NCBI RefSeq assembly: GCF_009914755.1
Contig: NC_060934.1
DNA: 64,000 nt
Strand: one strand, 5' to 3'
Origin: the human T2T-CHM13v2.0 reference genome, Homo sapiens
Shown: positions 26,450 to 40,870 of the stretch, piece by piece
Numbering within the stretch: the stretch's first letter is position 1
Layout: every line of letters starts with the position of its first letter
The notes under the pieces: model-generated
The model's input: only the letters and a program-made list of their open reading frames with translations
The model's database searches: none
What the model was told of the DNA's origin: nothing
Program-made: the position numbers and the translations under genes

Positions 26450-27070
26450 GTGGAACAGGCTGGACACAAAAGGACAAATAGTTTATTATTCCACTTAGAA
26501 GAGGTATTTAGAACAGTCCAATTCTTGGAGCTAGAAAGTAGAACAGTGGTTGCCAGCGTTTGGGTGGAGGGGAGAATGAGGGCTCTCTGTTCAATGGGTA
26601 TAGAGTTTCAGTTTGGGATGATGAAAAAGTCCTGGAGATGGATGGTGGTGATGGCTGCACAACAATGTGAATATACTTAATGCCACTGAATTGTCCACTC
26701 ACGAGCGTATTAAAATGGTCAATGTTGGGCCGGGCACGGTGGCTCACACCTGTAATCCCAACACTTTGGGAGGCCGAGGCGGGCAGATCATTTGAGGTAA
26801 GGAGTTTGAGACCAGCTTGGCCAACATGGTGAAACCCTGCTAAAAATACAAAAAAAGTTAGCCGGGCGTGGTGGTGCATGCCTGTAATCCCAGCTACATG
26901 GAGGCTGAGGCACGAGAATCACTTGAACCTGGGAGGCAGAGGTTGCCGTGAGCTAAGATAGTGCCACTGCACTCCAGTCTGAGTGACAGAGTGAGACTCT
27001 GTTTAAAAAAAAAAAAAAAAGGTAAATGTTATGTTATCTACAGTATTTATTATCACAATTTAAAAAAAAT
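26450..27070 (+). mobile_element. L1MB 3' end, interrupted by an Alu
   Basis: agaaagtagaacagtggttgccag...tttcagtttgggatgatgaaaaagt...gatggctgcacaacaatgtgaat. Resumes after the Alu at 27021. Confidence 0.85.
26728..27020 (+). mobile_element. AluS (Sz/Sx-like)
   Basis: Full dimer plus poly(A). Flanks aaaatggtcaatgtt / aaaaaggtaaatgtt. Confidence 0.92.
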
Positions 27071-27077
27071 AAGGGTG

Positions 27078-27218
27078 GGGGCAGGCATGGTGGCTCATGC
27101 CTCTAATCCCAGCACTTTGGGAGGCTGGGGCAGGAGGATTGCTTGAGGCCAGGAATTCCAGGCCATCCTGGCCAACACAGGGAGACCTTGTCTCTTAAAA
27201 AAAAAAAAAAAAAAAAAA
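27078..27218 (+). mobile_element. FLAM_C / Alu monomer
   Basis: Single left-type monomer (ggaggattgcttgaggccagga) followed directly by poly(A). Confidence 0.85.
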
Positions 27219-29825
27219 GTAGGCAAGTGATCACAGCATTCTTCCTGGGCCAGAAAATGAATTACCTGCAAGCAGAAAAATGGTTATGCCTCTTCATAGA
27301 CTTAAAGGTGGGATACACCTTCTTCCCCCACGAAGGGCAACTGTTTTGGGGGGCAGATCTTATCAGGTGGCACCTAATGCCACAGTGCCTTTGTTCATCC
27401 AAATCATAACTCCAGAAACACTATTTCCAAGGAAATTCCTTGACCAACACGTCCTGTTTACCCAAGGAGTAACGTCCCCTGAGCCCCAGCATGCTCTTTG
27501 GTGTATTCATGTATGTTTCTTTTCCCAAATGTCTTAGAGAAGTGACACTCATCCCTTCTTCCCTCTTTTTTTGATTCCCCCGCCACCTTCACTCCAGCTA
27601 CGCTCCAAACACGTTTCACACTTTCGTGCAACATTTACATTTGTCACTAGATAAATGAACTATCTTAAGTTTAATTCTCTTTAAGTGTCCATCATAGCAG
27701 AATTATTACATAAACAGGTTCTGAAATTCATTCATTCATTCATTATTATTGAATGAAATCTCTTTTAAGCAATGGAAATAAGAGGAGGTTGAGAACCACT
27801 GACTTCCACTATTTTATTTAATGCTTTGAGTTTGATTTTCTATTACAGTTTATATTTCCAGTGTTATCCAGTAAAATGCTTTTTTTCTTAGCCAAAGACA
27901 GAATTTTCTTTGAACCATCGATATAGAATAGTTATCTATTTCTCCATTTATAACACTCATCATTATAGAAGGTCAAGGCAAATGCATTAGGCCAGGGTTT
28001 TTTTTTTAAGGTCTCTTTTCCTGATGAAGGTGAAGATGGTCAAAGCTCTCTATGAGAAGACAAATGCTCCCTAGGGAGGTATTTCCGGCCTGATGAGAGC
28101 CCCAGGCGAGGCAGAGAGCGGGACCAGAACTCAGGAGAAAACCAAAGCACAGCAACTGGGATGCAGCTGGGGAATGCTTCATGAGCCAAGCCTGCAGCCA
28201 ACATGGCACTGGACACAACAGCATTCTCCCACCGAATGAGAAGCCATCATTCATTCAACACATTGACTGTACTTCTCTTCAATAAGCCCTGTGCCAACTG
28301 CTGGCAATTCCCCTGCTCTCATAAAGCCAAACCTTTCAAGTGCTTGGTGCTCAACATGGCACAGAGCAGGTGTACTCAACACTTAGAGGGTGTTTGAAAT
28401 CCAACTTCTAGAGGTCAGTAGTCACCAGATGGCTCCTCTCACTACCTGGACATGAGAGTGGATCAACGCACTCCACTTGCTGAAATTCACAAAGAGCAAT
28501 GTGCTCTCAAGAAGTCGGCCTTTATCCCAAGCCAGTGCTCTACAGACAGGAGAAGGAAAGGGAGCCTGGGTACATGGCCTTCCCCAGAGCTCCCCTAAAG
28601 GTACAGGCCCAGAAACTAAAGGTCCTGCAGAAGCCTGAAGAATGCTGCCAGGATCCCACCCTCCACTCCATCTCCTCTTTGGGACAACCCCAGGACATTT
28701 GCTTCCTTCAAGTTCTTTCCCAGAAGCCTCAACAAATCCTTCCCAAAACCCCAGACTCGTGATCTACCAATCCCCCAAAGACATTTCAAGAGGTTCTGAA
28801 AGTGAAAGAAAGGAAAAGAAGAGAAGGAGAAAGAGAGACGAAAGCTAGATCTGTCTCTGTCTAAGAGGGGTGGGAAACAAAGCCCTTCCTTTTCTCTTTG
28901 TGCACCAATGTGCACCGTTTATCTGGTGACAAAGCTCCAAATGTTAACTGAATGCATTAAAGGCATAATAACACAATCCAGAGAATTATTTTGCTGTATT
29001 TTTAAACTTTCAATGTGCTTGGCTACCTACAGCTGAACAAGAACAGGTAAAAGATCTCCCTGAAATAAAAAACAAGAGAATCCGAGGGGAGGGGAGCAGG
29101 CATCTACTTGAGAGTTCACCGGGTTCCCATGGAGAAAAGGGCAATTGCCTGGTGCAAGGCAGTTTGGTATCAATGCAATAATTTCTGGATAGCTGCCATT
29201 GCTAAGGTTAAAAAGCAATATTACAAGCCTTCTATGATGACAGCCTACTGGGAGACATTTGTTGAAAATTGCTTTGCCTATCATTTAGTCAGCAAAAAAA
29301 ACCCACAGTACTAGTTATGCTAGAACTGTGTTGAGTGTGCATCTATAAATGATTCAAATTGTAAGTACATAAAGCCCCCATACAGGTAGATGTAATCACC
29401 ATAAAAGGCTAGAGCCTCGGCTCTGTTCTTTCACATTGATAGGCCGTATACATTTTCACCATATGTTGCCAAATAAGAAGCATAATTATAAAGAAACTAG
29501 ATTCTGAGTTTTAAATTCAACTTTTGAAAATGAAATCAGAGTGACTTTTTTGTCACCAGGCAATAAACTTTTCAGCACATTGTGAAAAAATGACGCTCTA
29601 CACAGCATCACACAGACTGACTTAATTGTAACTCTACCTTTTCTGTCTATAAGAAAGGGCAACTTACAAATTGCCAGGGGAAAAAAAAAGCACAAGCTTT
29701 TAACTAGACTGTCTCCTCAAGTCTCCAAATATCCTCAAAACATTTTAAAGCGAGCTAAAGCATGTAAAAGAAAAATAAAGACCTGATTATTCAGGGATCA
29801 GGGCAGTGTAAGCAAGTCTGAGTTA

Positions 29826-30221
<396 letters not shown>

Positions 30222-31881
30222 TTAAGAAGTAATTTAATTTCTTAGTGGTTTGGGGCTTTTTGCCTGCTCTGATATCAATGCCCCAGCTTTGAATGGGCAC
30301 CCCCATCCCCATTCCTTGTCTCTATGGGCCAGGAGTATCTACCTGAATGCACACAAATAAATCTTCATTCCTACCAAAGACTAAGAGTTTAGGTTTGCCC
30401 GTTGGGTGTGCACAGGTGTGCATATGAGGCCTTTTGCCTGCAGAAAGGGGGTAGCATAGGCTGCTGGGGAACCTCAGGTGTCAGGGGCATTCCACAGACC
30501 TGCCCTCAGCATCACCACCAGCTCCAGAAAACCCATCTGAATGGTTCTCCCCAAGAGGCCCCACTTTCGGGGTCATTCCAAATCACATCAACACGATTCA
30601 TGGCCTGGTGAAGGGTGAATGAATCGTCCAAGGCAAACACAGAGCTCGCTTTGTTTGGAGGCTGAATCCACAGAGTCAAACTGTAGACTCTGAGAATTGA
30701 AAGAGGCTGCCTAGTGCACCTTCGCCCCTGTAGCAACGCCCTATCTCAAAGCTGACCAGCTCCTGCCCATCTGGTGTGACCCTGAGCACATCCTCTTAAA
30801 AGTGTGGTTTCAGAAAAGCAAAGACAATTCCATGGGAGTGCGGGGCTGAACCCTCCACAGTGCTGGAAACCCCACCCGGCCAGTCCTGCAAGCAGTTATG
30901 GGCACCAAGGACAGAACAGGAATAAGAGATGATTCCCTTTCATTTTCAGCCAAGGCTGGGGAAACAGAGGCAGTCCCGGGGGAGTGTTGGAAAGTGCATT
31001 TTCTATACTTTATGCTTCCTTTGAAGTGGTCAAGAGAAGGCAGAAACAGCTGCCATCTAAGAATCAAATCCCCACCGGCTTTGTACAACTCCTACCCCCT
31101 CCATCTCTCCCAGGCCCCTCCACACACACAGCCAACCCCTCCAACAAACAACTGTTCCTTGGTCAAGCTGGGAAACTGTATTTGTCAGGCTAATTTTCAG
31201 AAGTTACTAAAGTGGCCTGGAAAAATGGAAGCCAAGGAGCCTCAAGATTACAAAATAAAAATAGATTTTTTTTATTATTGAGGCATTTTAAGAGCAATTA
31301 TGTTGCTGCAGTCATAACAGCCATTTCTGTAAACAGCGGGTTTGGAAAATACAAAGGACCCCTGCCACCTCCACACCCACTCCAGGGGCTATTAAAGTTT
31401 GGGGAGGGAAAAGAAACAGAAAGCGTTTTTAAGACTTTGGGGTTTTTTGAGTTGATTCTTAAAAATCTATTAACATATCCTTTACCATTCAAAGGGAAAT
31501 AAAACCAAACACACTTTGGGGAGATGAGGTGAACAAAACCACACTTTGGGAATAAAAGATAAAGGGTTTCATCAAGTCCCAAGTTCACGGAAATGTCACT
31601 AATCCCTCACCATCAATCACATCTGTGTTGTATTTTCTGATGTAGCCAGCAGAGAAGAACCGGTCTCCTAAGAGACACAAATCCTGCTTTTGTTGGGGAA
31701 ATTCTGTGTCCTGTTACCTGAGAAGAGACAGAGAGGGATGCAGACCCTCTCTAACCCAACCTTGAAGGAGGTATTCTTGCATTTAGACCTGCTTCCAGAC
31801 CAACCTGCCTCCCCAGATTACCTGTGCCAGCCCTGGACCTGAGCCAAGGAGAGTTAACCTTCTATAAAAAGGTGGCTCATG

Positions 31882-32191
<310 letters not shown>

Positions 32192-33021
32192 TCATGATAA
32201 AACCTTAAATGAGGAGCCTCAGGATAGCTGGTGAGTTACTAATACTTTGCAGTCTCTTGACCTGCTGAATATGCAGAAAGTAGTTTCTAAATATCCCCTG
32301 AGTTTGTTTTACTATTTACAAATTGAGTCTCTTAGGTAAATCAATGTTGCCAAAGTGGACTGATAAATGAGAACACAATATCTAAAAATAACCCATGAAT
32401 TCTTCCCCACCAGATAGGCAAGCAAACAAAGCCATTTCCAGTGAATCATTCCTGACCCCCACCCTCACCTTGCTGGGTCAACTATAAACTACCCCTGTCT
32501 GCAGATGAACCCAGTAGACACTCTGTTTTCTAATTTATCCTGAAGAAATCGAAAGGGAGTTTGAAAGGTTAATTAAAATTTCTGGTATAGATTTTGTCGA
32601 TATGCAACTAAGTACACAATAGTTAGCCAGATCGAGAGCTGGGTTTCTGAATGATTAAGTATTCTGGTTGATACAGAATTACCCTACATCTGTGGATTAC
32701 CAATGTTCAATAATTAGAAAAGAAACAAACCCACTGAGCAACTTTAATTTTTTTTTTGATGATTCAACCCTTGGCCTACTGATTCACACATAGCAGGACA
32801 TCAATAAGTGTTTGCTACATGCCTGAATTAAGAAGATACATCAGCATTTAGGAGCATCTTTGCGCCATTGGTCAGCTCATTTCATCATCAATATCTTCAT
32901 CTTAATTCCCCACACAGACTGAGAACCATTTCTGAAATTTCCACTCATTATGACTTCTGATTAAAAACTGCTATCAAGACACAGGAAAGAAGGCAGACAA
33001 GGAACAAGAGACATTTCCCTG

Positions 33022-33228
33022 GCATTTTCTGTAAAGAGCCAGGCAATAAATGTTTTCAGCGTTTATCGTGCAGGCCATACAGTCTTTGTGGAAACCATTC
33101 AACTCTGCCACAGTAGTGCAAAAGTAGCCAGAAACAATATGTAAATGAATGGGTGTGGCTGTGTTTCAGTAAAACTTTATTTACAAAAATAGGTGGTCAG
33201 CATTTGGGCCATAGTTTGCCAACCCCTG
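33022..33228 (+). mobile_element. MER58A (hAT-Charlie)
   Basis: ttttctgtaaagagccag...caactctgcc...aatgaatgggtgtggctgtgtt...aaactttatttacaaaaa...catagtttgccaacccctg. Confidence 0.85.
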
Positions 33229-33463
33229 TGCTAAAGTAATGTTTTCTTTTCCTTCATGGCCAAGTATAGAAAAACCTCCCCCATTGAGCTTTCTTTAATA
33301 CCTTCACAAAGAACTCCCTTTGTTTTAAATTGCCCTGTTAACTTAGCACTATCTTTTTTGTTATGCTTTCACAGCCAGACTGAGACACACAGCATGCCAG
33401 ACTGCTAATTCTGTGTCCTTCAAACTCACAGCCTTTTAATATCTGCTTAACATTCTTGTAGAG

Positions 33464-33795
33464 CAGTGGTCACCAACCTTTTTGGCACCAGAGATAGGTT
33501 TCGTGGAAGACAACTTTTCCATGCAAGGGGCGGGGGTATTGCTTAAGGATGAAACTATTCCACCTCAGATAATCAGACAATTCTCATAAGGAGTGTGCAA
33601 CCTAGATTCCTCACATGTGCAGTTCATAATCGGGTTCATGCTCTTATATGAATCTAATGCCACTGCTGATCTGACAGGAGGTGAAGCTCTGGCGGTAATG
33701 CTCTTTTGCCGGTCGCTCACCTCCTGCTGCGCAGCCTGGTTTCTAACAGGCCAGGGACCAGTACCAGTCCATGGCCCAGGGATCTCCAACTCCTG
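33464..33795 (+). mobile_element. MER1B (hAT-Charlie) with perfect 8-bp TSD
   Basis: cagtggtcaccaacctttttggcaccag ... tcctg. TSD ttgtagag 33456-33463 / 33796-33803. Confidence 0.92.
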
Positions 33796-34311
33796 TTGTA
33801 GAGGACAAACTGATTGCTATATCAGGGAAAGGTAAGAGAAATCAGCATTTGGGCACTCAGATTTTCCTGCCTGGTTCCCAGCAATTCAGCTCAGGCCCAA
33901 ACTTGCAAACCCTATTCAGTGAAACCTAAGAACAGAAAATCTGAGTTTGAATCTTGACTCTGTCCCCGTTTGATTTGGGGTGGGTTACTAAACTTCTCTG
34001 AATGTATGTTTCATCAGCCAGAGATGAAGACAACAAATCCTATCTCACAAGGTTAATTATTTTGACAAATATTTATTGAACACTCATAAGGTTCAATACA
34101 CCTGATTCAATAACACCTGGCCCTGTTCTAGACACTGGGATGTGGGGATGAATATCACAGCCAGGGCCCTGCACTTCTGTAGCTTGTATTCTAGCAAGGA
34201 ACAAGTAAAAAAAAATGAAAAGTAATTTCAGACAGTGTTGACTACTGTATTTGCTTAATAGGACTATTGCAACAAATTTACAAATTTGATGTCTTAAAAA
34301 AAAAAAAAAAC

Positions 34312-34598
34312 AGCTGGGCATGGTGGCTTACACCTGCAATCCCAGCACTTTGGGAGGCTGAGGTGAGTGGATCACAAGGTCAGGAGCTCGAGACCAACCT
34401 GGCCAACATAGTGAAACCTCATCTCTACTAAAAATACAAATAATTTGCCGGACGTGGTGGCAGGTGCCTGTAATCCCAGCTACTAGGGAGGCTGAGGCAG
34501 GAGAATCGCTTGAACCTGAGAGGTGGAGGTTGCAGTGAGATGAGACTGTGCCACTGTACTCCAGCCAGGGTGATGGTGCGAGACTCTGTCTCAAAAAA
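34312..34598 (+). mobile_element. AluS (Sg-like)
   Basis: Full dimer with ggatcacaaggtcagga, tail running into (TA)n. Confidence 0.92.
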
Positions 34599-34868
34599 TA
34601 TATATATATAATATATATTTATAAATTTATATATTTATAAATTTATATATATTTTTATATATACTATATATAATATATATAGTACTATATATACTATATA
34701 TAATATATAGTACTATATATAATATATATAATATATAGTACTATATATAATATATAATACTATATATAATATATATTATATATTATATATATAATACTGT
34801 ATATAATATAATATATAATACATATATAAATATATAAATATAAAAATACTTATAAATATATATATATA
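34599..34868. repeat. (TA)n-rich low-complexity array
   Basis: ~270 bp almost pure A/T with recurrent tatatataatatatagtac units. Confidence 0.95.
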
Positions 34869-35129
34869 TTTTTTTTTTCCCTCCCACAGTTCTGGAGTCC
34901 AGAAGATCAAAATTAAGGTGTCAGGAGGGCCATGCTGAAGGTTTCTCTGAAGGTTCTAGGAAGTCACTCTTCTTTGCTTCTTCCTGCTTCTGCTGGCAGC
35001 ACATCTCTAGTCTCTGCCTGTGTCTTCATGTGGCCTTCTCTCCATGTCCTCTCCTCTTAGAAGAACAACCAGTCCTTGGATTTGTGGCCTATCCTAAATC
35101 CTGGATGATTTCCTCTCAAGATCCTTCAT

Positions 35130-35639
35130 TGCTAGGGTCTGAATGTTGGTGTCTCCCTGAAGTTCACAGGTTGAAACCTAATCACCGAGGCAACAGTATT
35201 AGGAGGTGGGGGCTTTGGGAGGTGATTAATTCATGGAAGCAGAGCCTTCAGGAATGAGATTAGGGCCCTTAGGGCTCCAAAAAGGCACCAGAGACCTGCT
35301 TTACTCCTTCCACCACATAAGGACACAGCTAGAAGGTGCCACCTCTGAACCAGGTATTAAGCCCTTACCAAACACGGAATCTGCCAGCACCTTGATCTTA
35401 GACCTCCCAGCCTCTAGAACTGCCAGAAATAAAGCTCAGTTGTTTATAAGCTACCCAATTTATGGTATTTTATCGTAGTTTGGAATGTATGTGTGTATAT
35501 TGTTTATGTATATATATGTGTCTGTCATTTATACATGTGTGTGCACGTGCATCTGCATATGTGTGTATATCTGTGTATTTTATATATAATACACGTGCAC
35601 ACACACAGACACACACACAGTTCCAGATGAACTAAGACA
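35130..35639 (+). mobile_element. MLT1A-type LTR with (TG)/(CA)-rich insert near its 3' end
   Basis: tgctagggtctgaatgtt...tattaggaggtgggg...ttgtttataagctaccc...[35486-35620 RY repeats]...gaactaagaca. Confidence 0.8.
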
Positions 35640-36806
35640 TCGACTAACCCTATTTCCAAATGAGGTCACGTTCTGAGGTTCCAGGTGGACATGAATTTTG
35701 TGGGGGATACAACTAAACCCACTAGAAGTGCTACAAAGAAATTAAACAGGGACATGGGGTAGAGTTTCGGGGCAGTGTGTTGAGGTTATACTTTAGCCAT
35801 GATGGCTACAGCAAGCATCTCTGAGGATGTGACTGCCTAATGAAGAGTGGCCAGCTACAGGCGGATTATTCCGGAGTGCTGAGGCATGCGTGGGCTTGGA
35901 CAACAGGTCCCAGGGACCAGATGGAGGCCCGTGGAAGTGAGTGAGCAAGTGAGGGAGTCACACTGCAGGAAGGCCAGTGTGGTGACAGCAGTGGCAGGTC
36001 ACGGAGCCAGATCCTATAAGCTGATGTGAGAACTAAATGTGGTAAAAGATCCCAAGAACTAGGATGCATTAACTCCTCCTCTGCAAGAGCTAAAAGGGCT
36101 GAACTTGTAATCCATCCACCAAAGAGAGTGGGTGGTCCAAGCCTAGGAAGCCCCAAACCACAGCAGGCTTCTGATCGGAGTCTGCATTAATTTATAGACC
36201 TCCCTCCCCAACGCCCCCACACGATACAGGTGGTTTCCTGATGCAGGATATTAACTTTCAACTGCTGGAGGTCCCAAACCTCCACGCTGGCCTAAAAGGT
36301 TTCATCAGGTTTGGATAAGCCTCAGATAAGGAGCTGAACTTTTGCGGGCTTATGAGAACTGCACCTGCAATCCTTCAGAGATTCACTCATCACGAACCTT
36401 AATCCATCTCAAATAAAACCTGTGCATACAGACGTGCTTTCCCACCCACGGCTGTTTAATAAGGAAAAAGAACAGCTTTGTCTGTTCTGTAAAAGCCTCC
36501 TCTATTTACACTGTACCCATGGATTTAATTTCCGATATTTACATTTTAATTCTTTAAGATATGCAGGAGATAAATGGATAGAGAGGCCCAGGTTGAGACA
36601 CAGCCCTTTCCTGCAAAGCTACTCGCCGTGTTTTCCTCTCTCCCAAGCCCTGGTTTCCTTCTGTTGCCAAATGTAAACTGGTTTCCTTTTCTATCTTCCT
36701 CAGGGTGTCCTCCCTGTCCACCAGCCCTGGACTCTCTTTCTTGCCCCAGTCCTCCCTTGATGCTTCTCTTTTATTGTGGGCCACCCAGGTTGGCTGGTCA
36801 TCCATC

Positions 36807-37251
36807 TGTAGTGGTTGAATAATTCTTTCCCAAAATTCTTCTCCCCTCGAACCTCAGCATGTGACCTTATTTGGAAATAGGGTTTTTGCCGAGGTAATTA
36901 AGTTAAAATGCGGTCACGATGGATTAGGGTAAGCCCTAAATCCCAAATGACTGGTGTCCTCATAAGAAAAGAAGATATCCAGAGACATACAGAGACAAAG
37001 ACCATGTGATGATGGAGGCAGAGATGGGAGTGATGCAGCCACAGGCCAGGGAATACTACGGGCTGCTGAGAATCCCCAGTAGCTGGAAGCGGCCGGGACA
37101 GATCCTCTTCTAGAGCCTTCAGAGAGAGCATGGCCTGCTGACACCTTGATTTCAGACTTCCAATCTCCAGGACAGTGAGGGAATAGATTTCTGTTGCTTT
37201 ACACCACCTCGTTTGTAATCCTTTATTATAGCATCCTAAGTAACTGCAGCA
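36807..37251 (+). mobile_element. MLT1C-type LTR
   Basis: tgtagtggttgaat...gtgaccttatttggaaataggg...ctgacaccttgatttcagacttc...ttctgttg. Confidence 0.88.
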
Positions 37252-37454
37252 TCCAAGTCCAGAGCCTACTCTGCAGCCATCCCTCAGGCATTTTGGCCCT
37301 AAGCCTTCTTCTCACCTGACGCGCTGCAGCCGGACCCCAAACCTGCCTCCTCCTCTGGGGTGGTCCACCTCTGACAGACCTCTGCATTTATCCCTATGGA
37401 GGCCACATAAGCTCTCTTTATGTAAAGGACTCCAACTGGGTGGGATCTCTTTTT

Positions 37455-38240
37455 CCTCAACATTTTATTATAAAGTTTTCAAATATGTAGCAAAGTTGAA
37501 TTTTACAATGAACACTCATACTCCTACCCCCAGACTCTACCACTAATGTTGCTTTACCACAAATCTATACTTGCTTTACCACAAATGTATCCATCTATCC
37601 ACCTCTCTATCCATCCAGCAGTAAATATAAATACATTTTATTTCATATGCATTTCAAAATAAATGGCAGATACCAGTACACTTGTCCCTAAATATTTCAG
37701 TGAACACATCATTGACCAGGGTTGGTATTTGTTTCATTTTTTTTCCTTTTAGAGTGAAATTTACATACAGTGAAATGCACAAATCTTAAGTCTATATTCG
37801 CTGAGTTTTGACAAATGTATACACCTGTATAGCCAAAACCCTACTAAGATAGAGAACACTACCATCATCCCAGAAGATTCCCTCTTGCCTTTCAAGTCAA
37901 TCTCTACTTTCATTTCCCCAGAAGGAAACGATGTTGAGTTCTTTTCCATCATATTTTAGTTTTAAGAATTTCACATAAATGGAACCATATAGAATGTTGC
38001 CCTCTTTTGCGAAGGACTGCCTTCACTCAGTGTAATGTTTCTGAAATTCATCATGTTGTTGTGTGCAACCTTTTTTGCTTTTTATAGTTGAGTAGTGTTC
38101 CATTTGATGAGTATCACAGTTTGTCCTTTCTCCTACTGATGGACACCTGGACTATTTCCAGTTTGAGGCTATTATGAATAAAGCTGCTATGAAGATTTGT
38201 GTACAAGTCTCCTTCTTAGACACATGCTTTCATTTCTCTG
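37455..38240 (-). mobile_element. L1ME-type fragment(s)
   Basis: tttacatacagtgaaatgcacaaatcttaag...ttttgacaaatgtatacacc...tgatggacacctgg...tattatgaataaagctgctatg. Confidence 0.8.
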
Positions 38241-38522
38241 GGGCCTGGGTGAGATCTCTGGCCCGATTATGGCACTGTCTATCTTGATCCAGTGGCAAGC
38301 CCCACTCAGTTTACTGTTCCCTTCAAGATGACTATGTAATGTACTCATAAAGAATTCAGACGAATTTCCTGGGTCTGAACTCAGATTCAGTCCTTCACTA
38401 GCTGTAAGACCTTCTGCAAGGTTTGACTTCTTAACTTCTACTTAAGTTTTGGGAATCTATTTCAGCATCTGAGACCTGGGGATAGAGACGGAGATTAGTG
38501 AGTATGTAACTCTTATGGGGTT

Positions 38523-38889
38523 TCTCTTAGTCAGCCTGATCTGCTATAGCTAAATATCTGAAACCACAAAGATTTATTTAGCGACAAATACTTATTTCTC
38601 ACAGTTCTGGAGATTGGAAGTCCAAGATCCTGGTGCCAACGGGGTGGGGATCTTGGTGAGGACTCTCTTCCTGGCTTGCAGATGGAGGCTTTCTTCCTGT
38701 GTCCTCACATGGCAAAGAGCAGAAAGCTGAAGCTCTCTGGTCTTTTTTTATAAGGGTGCTAATCCCATTCATGAGAGCTCTACCCTATGACCTAATTATC
38801 TCCAAAGGCCCCACTTTCTAATGCACACATTGGGGTTAGGATTTTAACATATGACTTTGGGGGAAACAAAAACATTTAAGTTTATACCA
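38523..38889 (-). mobile_element. MLT1A/MSTD-type LTR inserted in a MIR
   Basis: ctcacagttctggagattggaagtccaagatc...ttttataaggg...aatcccattcatgag...catatgactttggggg. Confidence 0.8.
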
Positions 38890-40084
38890 GGATCATTCTG
38901 GGGAGAAAGCGAGTTAATGTATGTGGAACGCTCATTGACATGGCTGGCACACAGTAAGTCAGTTAGTTAGCAGAAACAACCATTATCTTCTGCCACCCCA
39001 CAAACAATATGGACAGTTTTATGGTATGCTCACAGTGCATGCTATTTCTCTGCTTAAAGAGCTGCAATGACTTCCTTGGGCTTTCTAGAACAAGTCTAAA
39101 CTCTGCTGCCTAGGTTTTTAAATAACCAAGAAAATCATTGTTCAAGCTATCTAAAATAACATTTTTTTTCTTCTTAAGGAGGTGGAATTCCATCCACTCA
39201 GGGGTATAATATTCATGCTGATTGGGAGTGCTGAGTCACTGACTAGTAGTCCTTGAGTAATGAAAGGAGTAATAAAAATGAGTAATATAAATGGGAAAAC
39301 TCAATAGCCAATACTATTCACTTGGTAGACAAAAATCTCTTCAGTCACACTGAGAGTGTTAGGGGGCAGAAGAAAACAGAGGGTTTTTTGCAGTAAGCAC
39401 ATTGCAAAGGCTCCATAACTGGCTCCATCCAATCTCAACCCAGAGTCTGCCAGGTTTGCTGCCCTCTCAACATCCCATAAAAACAACACCATACTTGTTT
39501 TGGTCTCCACCTCCATTCAGACTGTCCTCCTCCCGCCCCTCACTCCCCGGAGTTGCCCTTATCCTGCCCAATTAGACATTCAGTTCCCTTCAAAACCACC
39601 TCCCAAACCATTCTTGTAGTAGCCTCTCCTTCAGGGGCACCTATCTGTAAAGCTTCCTCCTGCACTGGAAGAGGACAGCACCCACAGACCAACCAGGCTT
39701 GGGTCTCCAGTGAAACCGTTGGTGCTTAGAAAACAGAGGCAGTATCTGCTAAGTCCCCTGGGGTCCCTGACCATGCCTTGTACGAACCTGGGCAAGTAAA
39801 TACTTGCTGATTCATTCTAAGTCCAAACACTGTCCCCACCCCCCTCACCTCTGCCACCTACTCCAAAGAATGGTAGTGAGGCAACAAAACAGAGAAAGAT
39901 TTTTGGATCCAAGAATAAGGTAACATTTGGATTCACTGTCAACATGATCATTGATTACACTACCAGAGTTCTGCCTCAACCTCATAAAAGGACCTAGGCT
40001 ATCAAATACGAACATACGAGAAGCATGTACATACACTCAGCCCACACAAAACACCGATTCCTCCGAGCTTTGTCCTCTTTTCCA

Positions 40085-40400
40085 CTTTCATTCATCAAAC
40101 ATCTATTGAGCCCCTACTATGTGCTCGACACTGCACTGGGTGCCAGGGATTCAAAATAAAAGACAAGCTCCATCCTCTCTAGGAGCTCAATCGGGTGTGG
40201 GAAGCCAGATGTGTAGACAGATCATTCTGACAGTGGGAGAAAAGTGCTAACAGAAGGGTGGGCAGAACTCCCACTTGAGGGGTGGGGTGAGTCAGAGGCA
40301 ACCTGACTTCCAGCAGAAAGGATTTGGGCTGAGTTTTGAAGAATAAGCAAAAGCAGCAGTATATCTATAAGGAGCATTGGGCGGCACCTTCTCAAAGATT
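40085..40400 (-). mobile_element. L2 3' end
   Basis: ttcattcatcaaacatctattgagcccctactatgtgctcgacactg. Confidence 0.75.
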
Positions 40401-40508
40401 TCAAAGGAAAATGTCACAGTGGCTGTGAATATGGTCATAATAAGACAGTAGAAGACTGTGTGGAAATGAGAGTCTGCCTCTCCCCACACACACCAGAGAC
40501 AAGCACCT

Positions 40509-40870
40509 TGTATTGGTCCATTCTCACCCTGCTATAAAGAACTAACCGAGACTGGGTAATTCATAAAGAAAAGACTTTCACTGACCCACAGGCTTAACAG
40601 GAAGCATGGCTGGGAGGCTTTAGGAAACTTACAATCATGGTGGAAGGGGAAGCAAGCATGTCTTACCATGGTGGAGCAGGAGAGAGAGAGAGCTAAGGGG
40701 GACATGCCACACTCTTTTAAACCATTAGATCTCGTGAGAACTTACTCACTATCATGAGAACAGCAATGGGGAAATCCACCCTCATGATCTAATCACCTCC
40801 CACCAGGCCCCTCCTCCAATTTGATATGAGATTTGGGATTAAGGGGAGGACACAAATCCAAATCATGTTA
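40509..40870 (-). mobile_element. MSTA/THE1-type MaLR LTR
   Basis: tgtattggtccattctca...gagactgggtaatt...ggaaacttacaatcatgg...ctcactatcatgagaacagc...acacaaatccaaatc. Confidence 0.88.

Larger units (their letters stand above)
34245..35725 (-). mobile_element. MLT1 (C/D-like) LTR fragmented by nested insertions
   Basis: Pieces at 34245-34295, 34880-35128 (cacagttctggagtccagaag) and 35647-35725 (ccctatttccaaatgaggtcac). Confidence 0.7.
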
